From Nageia nagi (Eukaryota; Plantae; Pinophyta): 64,000 nt of DNA. The translations under genes and the position numbers were made by a program. Shown piece by piece: positions 55,051 to 64,000 of this stretch. The notes under the pieces are model-generated. The model worked only from the letters and a program-made list of their open reading frames with translations, had not been told where the DNA came from and made no database searches. The DNA is taken from NCBI GenBank assembly GCA_050084985.1, contig JBITNC010000001.1, positions 140,120,001-140,184,000 of the forward strand, in the 5' to 3' direction. How positions within the stretch are numbered: the stretch's first letter is position 1; every line of letters starts with the position of its first letter.

Positions 55051-55349
55051 GGACTTCTTTTTACTTATCCTTATAAAAAAAAGGATTCTTAATATATAAT
55101 TATATGTTATATATGAAAGATTCATCATCAGTTATATCAAAAGTAGTTTGCAATGCCATAAGAATGGAATATCCTTGATCTAGTTTTGGATAATAACACT
55201 AGATCAATCCTTAGTATAGATTATCAAATTAATCAAATATATACCCATGATGTTGCATAAAGTACCAAATATTACTACCATTCATGAAGTTCTTGTAGCT
55301 AACTTTTCATCTCCTTTAGGATTATGGTTGTTAAGATATTTTACATCCA

Positions 55350-55690
55350 ACACTAAACCACAAATGGATTTTAATTATGAATAAATTAATGTGTTTTTTA
55401 TGATAGTTTAAAACCACCCCACTAGACCCTAAGAGTGTGATTTAAAATTTCCCTCAATAAAAAAAACCCTAAAAGATAATAATGGTGAACAATTATCCTA
55501 ACAAACCTAAGAGGGTGGTTTAAAACCATCCTTACAAAATGAATTTTAGATTTGTATGGTAAAGGGTATATGTAGGAAATAAAATATTGTAGGGCGATGA
55601 AGGTGGAAAATAGTTTATTCCTTCTCTTAATCCTTGATATCTTGTAAAACAAATCTCCTATTAGGAACATATCCTATTGCATTCATCACT
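55350..55690. mobile_element. Small non-coding element, same family as 8428-8900
   Basis: Starts cactaaaccacaaa. Repeated ccctaagag...tttaaaacca motifs shared with 8746-8772. Confidence 0.45.
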
Positions 55691-55699
55691 AGAGAAAAT

Positions 55700-56760
55700 A
55701 TCTCCAATGCTCCATAAATTTTCTATATTTTTTTATGTGATTTTTCTCCCACAAAAATATTAACCACAATCTAACCACATCAAGGTAGTTTTTGAATTTC
55801 TTTTATCTTTCATTATTTTTCATGTGTTTTTGATTTGATTTGACTTACTAGATAACATAAATGTTTGAGAGAATATAAGCTACATAATTTTAGGGGTCCA
55901 AGTATAAAAGATGTTCCACTACAAATTTTGTTAACTTCATATTGTTATGAATACTACATGTACCAAGAAAATGAGTCCATAATACTATAGCGTTAGGTTT
56001 TATTAGCATGTTATTTATGAAGTTTTTTGCTTCATCTAGATGTACAACATGGCTAAGAAGGTCATCAATACATGTAAAGTATTCCATTATAGGTGTAATA
56101 TGATAATAATCATTCATGAATTTGAAGAATCGATAGCACTTTTTCACTAGAATTACATGTATACATGCAAATAAAACACTAATACATATGACATGGTATC
56201 CTAAGTGTTCCATGTCTTCAAATAGTTTGATGGTTTCCTTGCTACAATTATTACTTAATGCATATCTTGCAATCTTTGCAATCCATAATATTGTTCATTC
56301 ATAATGCATCTTGTCAAATAAAACCCTTTCCTTCCTAATGTTCCCACATTTTTCATACATATATATTAGGGATATTATCATAAGTGCACATGAAAGAAAC
56401 CCAAATCTAATTATTTTTCCATGAATGTTCATGCCCCATTCTAAAGCTACAAAATTTGAACATACATAAAAATATTTGCAACAATTATTAAATTTGGTCT
56501 AAAATTAGTCAATTATATTTTTTGAAATCACTTGAGAGCCTCTAAATCATACTCTTTTTATCATATCCTATCATCATTGCATTCCATGAGATTGTATCTC
56601 TTTGAGGTATTTCCTTAAAAAAGTTCCATTACTTCATCAAGAAACCCATTATGTATTGTATTCCATAAAAATAATTTCTTGTCTATTTCTTTACAAATAG
56701 TATTCAATCTTTGTGCATATTCCTAAACTCATAATACATATATATTAGGGTATACTTGAA
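55700..56760 (-). pseudogene. PLS-class PPR pseudogene with E/E+ domain
   Basis: IPQRDTISWNAMMIGY; GMNIHGKIIRFGF..SLIYMYEKCGNIRKERVLFDKM; ORF 55890-56213 VLFAC...MNDYYHITPIMEYFTCIDDLL..LDEAKNFINNMLIKPNAIVLW..LGTCSIHNN; LSNIY; KLP*CG*I. Intronless with stops and frameshifts. Confidence 0.9.
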
Positions 56761-57338
56761 AAATCCAAGACCAATATCATAAGCAAGAGAACCTATGGCA
56801 AACATGGCTTCCTCATGCACTGTTGTACTTCTACAAGGAAATACTTGTTGATACTATTTTTCAATGCTATAAAAAATGTGTACAATTATGATAATTTGTA
56901 TAGAAAACAAAATTATAATGGATTCCACATAAAATTAAATGACAAATTAAATCTTTACATTATTTTAATTAATTACAAGTATCAACACACGAGAACTAGT
57001 TTATTGTATATTCTTATGTGTACTGAGATAAATGTTAGATTCTTGAATTCTATTGTGTATCATTGTGTTTTAAATGAAATGAAGTATAGTGTAAAATTTT
57101 ATCTCCTATATCCCTTTTGGGTAAATTTTGTGTGATCAATATTTCATATGTACTAGTGATATTATGACAGGTTTATGATATTGTATTTATAATTGATCCC
57201 TTAACATGAACTTCAATACTAAATTATAAAAGCACCAAAATATTTGAATCATAGATTAATATTAAATATAAAATATAATATGGATCTTACAAATCCTTAA
57301 TTATAGTAATCATATACATAATACAATAGGGGAGATAT

Positions 57339-60300
57339 TGATATGTAATCCCCTAAATCCTATGGATTACTAGGATCCTCAAATAAAATTTCTTAAATTT
57401 TAAATAACACATTTATTTCTATATCATAAAATAAATGTATATGTAATGAAAATCATTGAAATAAATGAATCAAATAACAATAATGGATATCTCAAACACA
57501 TAAACATATTGGACATAAAGATTTATAGTGGATCTCCTTAATATGAGGGTACATCCACTTCTAATAATATGATTTTTAAAGTGGCTAAATGAAGCATTAG
57601 AACATTAGATAAAGGTATATTGTTGAATATAACAATATATAATGCATAATACAAAATATTTTGTAACACTTCTTAACCCACTCTATCAATATCCACATGG
57701 TCTCAAGCATCAATAATTGCTCAAGAACATTCCTAACAAGTTAAACTAGAATCAACAACATAACAATCATAACTACATGAGGTTATAGCTTCGAATCAAT
57801 ATCTCTTTACTTGTAAATTAACTATACAACACTAATAAATAACTTGAAATTACCAAAACCTCTTTAACTTTCAGCTTTAGTAATCTTGATCTAATAGTGT
57901 TGGTGGTGTAGAAAGTCTATAGGTATAGTGTTGGTGTTGTCCTTCTCATAAATCCATGTCACCAAATTCCAATAGAATATAATAGACACTAAGCATGAAA
58001 TGTTTTGACATTGATCTTCACTCCAAGATATTGAATTTATAAAAAATATCTATTTCATATCACACCTCCTCAATGAGGAGGATTTTAGTCCCTAAAAGCT
58101 CAATTTTGAAGAAGATGAGAAAATAGTTTGCCCACCTTAGCCTTTTCATACCACTTGGACTTATTATTAGGCATCCAAAATTTCAACCTAATCAACCAAA
58201 TTTTGTATTTTCCCTTCTTGGTAATACAAACCTTCTTTTGTAAAATTGAATCTTCCCTAAGTGCATTCATAATACTTGGAGATAAGTCATCAATTAATAG
58301 CAAAATATGTCCCACATATTTTTCCTCTTCAATGATCATGGATAGCTAAAATAACTTCAAGTTATTAATATTTTTAATTAAATAAATATTCATATAGTTA
58401 GGTATATTCAATCTAAATGAATTCTCACTCACTTTCTCTATAATAGCAAATCATAGATACCTTATAGGTTTCAACTTCTTAGTAGATCCTTGTAACTTCT
58501 CCTTGTTGAGATATAACTAAACTTTGTCTTTAACTTAGAATTTATGGTCAACTCTATATCTTTCATGCCTCATTTTATACTTGGATTGGTTGGATTTGAA
58601 TTGTTCTTGTACCTTCAAATGAACATGCCTAATTTTATCAATGAATTTTTCAACTTGCTCTTCTTCTTTCAATATTGAATTATCTTTATCCTTTTGTTGC
58701 CAAAAAAACATAGTCAAAAGGTGATGGTAGTAAGTAACCAAAACATGTCTCAAATGGAGTTTTATTGATTAAAATATAGGTTTACCTATTTTAAGAATGT
58801 TGAATATACATAAGATGCCCATCCTAAGTCTTTATATGCTTGTTTCAATACTCTCTCAAGTGTTGAACTATTACCCTATTCATCACCTCAGTTTGTCCAT
58901 CAATTTGAGGATTAGAACTAGTACTTATTTTCAATTTTGTTTCCATATTCTCCCATAAATAATTCCAAAATTACCCAATAATATAGAATCTCTATTATAA
59001 ATAATATAAGTTGGCAAACCAAAATGAACCCATACAAAAGAAAAGAAAAGGGTTGATACTTCTTGTTTAGTAATGGTCTTGTTACATGGGATTAAAATAT
59101 ACATCTTGCTAAATATATCTATTACTACAAATAAATAATCATGTCTCCTATTTGAAATATGAAACCCACCTAGAAAGTCCATGAAAATATGATTTTGAAC
59201 TAGAAGTGTCATATACAAACCCAATTTCCTATTGTTAGGTTTTCTAGTGGAACATTTCTAATATCCTTTAATGTACTTTGTAATTTATTCTTTCATTTTA
59301 ATCCAATACACATACCTTTGCAATTTAGAAAATATCTTCCTAACTCAAAAATATCTAAAAATATTGGATGTATGTGCCTTCATGATCAATTGAATACTCT
59401 CTCCTTCAAGAACACACAAATTATTGAACTTATGAAGAAGTTCATCCTTGAGATGATAATCATCCATTCTTTCATAATCTATTTTGAATGACTATTTCAT
59501 ATTTTGATAAACCTCCTTAAAATCTATATTTTTCAAGTATACTTCTTGATATGCCTCATAGATAATTGGATAAAATTTCATGACTATCACGAAAGCCAAA
59601 TTCTTCTTTTGGAATGATGTTAGTACTATAAAATCTCTAAAGAAATGTTAGAATTTTTAGGATCACCAAATTGCAATGTTGGAAAACTACAAGATCAAGA
59701 TTTGGTACCAATTGAAGATTTGAATTCATCATACACCAAGGATGGTGAAAAACTCATAAAGCTTTAGTACCATGTTAGAATTTTAATGGTTTCCATACTT
59801 CAACTATTGACAAACACCTTTGGATGCTATTAAACTTTTATACCAACCTTTAGCTATATGATACAATTTTATGTGAATATATGTTGATGTGAATAATTTT
59901 TTAAAGTTATGTTGAATTCTAATGATGCTCCAATATTTTGGCGAACTCTTTTATCAACATGAAGTGTGAGAAAATAGTATTATGATGATTAGTTTGGTAG
60001 GAAATATGAAATAACATAAAATATGATTATATTTATATGGTTGGATGGATATCAAAATTGAGTCAACAAAAATTGCCAAAAATATGGTGACCAAGGAGAT
60101 GTAGAAACCATTGTGAATGTGGAAACTTGTTTGAGATCACCAAGATGATTTCTAGTTGCCAAATATAGTTGTTCTCCAATGATAAGGTGACCTTTAAAGT
60201 GACATAACTTTGGTGATTATGGAGAAAAGTGGTTCATGTAATATATGGTTGAAAATATGGTAAAAAAAGATTTCAAATGATGAAATACCTAAAAATAATG

Positions 60301-63300
60301 GAGTAAAGGAACTTTGGTGAATTTCATGACAAGAAAACTTAGTCGCTAGAAATTTCTATAGTTAACAAGTTACACATAAGGGTGAAAATAATATCACATA
60401 ACTTAAAAATTTCTCAAAATATATGCTAAGTGTTATATGTGGTTGGAAATGGGACAAAGCAAGTTTTCAAATATTTAGTGATTATTGGTGACATTAAGGT
60501 ATATCATTCTAGAAATTGTATGGACTAAGTTGAATATGTGTGAAAAATATGGATAAAGAGTGGTAGATCTCACACATACTATGGTGAGTATGCTATCAAG
60601 GAGTAGTATCCTACTATACTGACCAAGTGCATGGGCGATGAAGTATTGGAGAATTTTCTTTAGAGAAGAAGTGTCTACCCATATACAACCACATGAGGGA
60701 GTACAAGGAAACATTAAGTCTTATTTAGTTTACTACAACCATTAATGGAGGCAAAGTGCACATGATAAATTTTTAAAAATATGCACTTTGAAAATATTCC
60801 CCCATTTGCATTTTTATAATATATTTCAAATAATATTTTTTGAAACATTAATATGCAAGAAATAAATTTCTTTCAAGTAGGGTGTCAACATTGTTACTGC
60901 TACAATTGGAGGTCTAAAAAGCATGTCTATAATCTTATTTATGTTACCTTTCTTGTACTTGATAATTTGATGGAACTATTTCAGAAAATCCATCCACCAA
61001 AAGTATCTTATTTATTGTAAATTTGATTGAGTTTATAGATACTACAATGATTGATGATCAATATGGATAATTATCTCCTTTCCCATCAAATAATATTTCT
61101 ATTTCTTCACTTCTTGGAATAATGCAAAAAACTCCTTATCATATGTAGGATAATTCAAATTTATCCACTAAAATTCTCATAATGATAACAAATTGGTCTC
61201 CTTGGTTGCATCAAAATTACACCCATGGAATACTCACTTACATCAATTTAAATTTTAAAATGTTATTACAAATTAAGGAGTGCCAAACTTGGATCATTTT
61301 TGATATTTTTCTTGAACAAGTCAACATATGTGTGTTGCTTCTTTCCCCATTGAAAAATTTTAGTTTTTCCTATAATATCATGCAATGGAGAAGCACTAAA
61401 TGAAATTTCTAAGGTATTGAAAAATCCTTAAGAAACTTCTTATTTTAGTAACATTACTTGGCCTTGGCCACTCCATAATAGCCTTAACTTTCTCATGATC
61501 AATTCTACGGTATCCTCCATCAATGACATGTCTAGTTATACCAAAGATTGATTACCAAACTCACATTTACATATTTTCAATTATAAATTTTCCTTTTGCA
61601 AAGTTTTGAGTACTTGTTTAATATGTGCTAAATGATCTTCCCAAGTTTACTATATACAATAATATCATCTAAGTAAATAAAAATAATAATCAATGAACAA
61701 TTTGAAAACTTCATTCATTAACCTCATAAAGGTGGTTGGTGCAATAAACAAACCAAATGGAAAAATAAATAAATCAAATAGGCCTTATCTTGTATTTAAG
61801 GTAGTCTTAAAAATGTCCTCCTCTTTGATTATCATTTTATGACATCCACTTCTCAAATCTAACTTGAAAAAATACCTTTCCCCTTGCAATTGATCCATAA
61901 TATCATTTATGTGAGACAATGGATAACAATTCTTAATGATGATCTTATTTAATGCCCTATAATCAACACACATTCTCCAATACCCATCCTTCTTAGTCAT
62001 CAAAATAATAGTTGAACCATATGGAGAGGTTCTTGGTATAATCACAACTTGATCCATTAGTTCTTAAATCTAACACTTGGTCTCTTCACACTCCAAAATT
62101 GAATACCCATAGAGTCCTATATTTGAAAGAGGTTCATTAGGTAATAATTGAATCTCATGTTGGATTTCTCATTTTGATGGTAGTCCTTTAGACTTAGCAA
62201 ATACTTCTCAAAACTCATGAATAAGCATTTTCACCTTAGCTTCTTAATCAAATGACATTGATAATGTGGGAGTTGCAAAGTACAATGCAAACATAATCCA
62301 AACTTTAGAAATATTAGTGAAAGATCTAAGAATCAACATGATAAAATCTTTCTTTCATTAATTAGTCATTTCAATAGGATGGCTATCACTAACAAAATTC
62401 ATTTCTTACTTTTATGGACATAAATATAATAGGCTATTCCATTTTTAATCATCCTATACTAATTCCTCCTTTTGAATTAAATGGAATCTCTATTCCATAA
62501 ATAAGGATTTCCAAACATAATACCATATATGTCTAAATATACCATATATACAACTTCATAAATTTTCATTAATAGAAAACTTTAACTTAAATTCTTAGTG
62601 ACTTCTAACTTGGCATCATTATGCACCCATCCTAAAGGATATGGATGAGGATAGTTGTAGGTATTAAATCCCAACTTGTTCACTAAACTTTCAGTAATAA
62701 GATTAGCTTGTGATCATGCATCAATGATAAAATTAATTTTGGTCTTCTTAGCTTGAATGTTGATATAAAATAATTATATCTTATTCTCCTCTATATCATT
62801 GGAGTCCTAAACTATTTGTACTTCTACACAATTAAGTTTCTCATCTACCTCAAAACTATCTTCAACATCCTCACTCTTGGTGATCATAATTTTTTATTTT
62901 TATTTTCTTGATTATTCTTCTTTATGTAAGGATACAACTCCAAATGAAACTTCCAACACTTATCATCAACATGATCATCCTTATCACAATTTGAATAATA
63001 CCTTTTTATTTTTATCTTTCTTTTTTGTGTTAGTGGTCTTCTTATCTTGTTGTTTTCCCTTACCCTTGTCCTGAGATTTTCCCTTCTCTTGTTGACTCTT
63101 TTGATTTATTTTAGGTTTCCCCATATTGTCTAAGTTTCCCAACTTCTTTTAAATATAGATCTTGCATACTCACTTGGTCAAGATTTTATGAATTAAACAA
63201 CATTATAGCCTTCCTTAAATTACTATGTAATCCTCTAACCTATTTCATTAGCACTTGTGGATCTTTAAGAGAGATACCAAGCAAGGTAACTTGTTCTTAG

Positions 63301-64000
63301 AGTATATTCATGAATTCCTTAATGAAGAGATATGTGATTGGTTATCATGTTTAAGGGGTTCCATATGTATTTGCAACCAAATTAAAACATGTTGACCCAT
63401 TTTAACTATTACAAAAGAGATCATTTTTTCTACATTAACCACACCTTGGATTTGGAAATATACCTCTATTTGCTTCATCCACTTATTTATCTTCTCAACA
63501 TCAACTTCTCCTCCAAATGGAGGGATGTATACCTTGGTATCTACTTTGAAAGGAATTGAAGAAGAAACTAATGAAGGACCAATACTATCCAGATTACTTT
63601 CCTAATTCAAAATGGACTATCTTCCAAGAATCATATCTATGATTCGAGCCATATTATTCTCCATTACAATGAATTTCCTTTTAAATTATTCCTCAAACAT
63701 TATTAGTCTTGACTACTCTTAATCTTCTCTTTCCATGCAAGTATATCTTTCCATTCTTCCAATTTTTGGGTTAAATGGAAATAACTCAAATATTTTAGAT
63801 CTTCCACCTCACATACATAATCCTCAAATAAACACCAACCTAGTTCTCTAATACCACATGATTTGTAATTACCTAAAGCCTATGTAATATACATTACTAA
63901 AAGGAAATGACATAAATAGTTGTAATGGAGATCTCAAACACATATATATTAGATACAAATATTTATAATGGTTCTCTTTAATGTGAAAATACATCCATTT
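57339..64000 (-). mobile_element. Near full-length decayed CRM-like chromovirus Ty3/gypsy retrotransposon
   Basis: 3' LTR 57339-58062 (tgatatg...catatca). PPT 58063-58071. C-terminal chromo/CR-like ORF 58100-58339. Integrase MDFLGG..VVIDIFSKM. RNase H. RT YLDD at 61664-61675 and WRMCVDYRALNK. Protease ..PHPYPLGW. gag WMKQIEVYF. PBS 63844-63856. 5' LTR from 63859 matches 57339-57560. Confidence 0.92.
59590..60890. mobile_element. ~1.3 kb non-coding insertion between RNase H and integrase of the CRM-like element
   Basis: The reading frame ..RPPIVAVT | VMKFYP.. is interrupted. The insert ends gtgtcaaca and has recurring tatatggttg motifs. TSD not resolved. Confidence 0.55.

Noticed and set aside
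57326-57338. Plus-strand PPT-like aggggaga just outside the LTR, suggesting opposite orientation
   Set aside because: The PBS, PPT and all coding domains place the element on the minus strand. The run probably belongs to the target site.

Overview
This is very AT-rich, strongly CpG-depleted plant intergenic DNA with no intact protein-coding gene. The PPR and retroelement signatures look seed-plant, probably gymnosperm (inference). The window is a nested graveyard of decayed retroelements: Tat/Ogre-like, chromovirus and CRM-like Ty3/gypsy, Ty1/copia, L1 and RTE/RTEX-like LINEs, SINE-like elements and solo LTRs with TSDs. It also holds two PLS-class PPR pseudogenes and a plant mobile domain remnant. 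The standout is a ~6.9 kb non-coding array at 15433-22292 with a ~1.5 kb period, built as LTR (~1.04 kb) / tRNA-iMet PBS / ~0.48 kb internal region / PPT / LTR. All five LTR copies that span the relevant position carry a 5S rRNA internal-promoter-like segment (best copy 23/26 nt identical to the plant 5S box C region, compared from memory). It therefore looks like an unusually large Cassandra-like TRIM in tandem. Its inferred termini are TA...TA rather than TG...CA, and a fold-back inversion at ~20131 makes part of the array a long imperfect palindrome. All alignments and translations were done by eye; coordinates of decayed elements are approximate.
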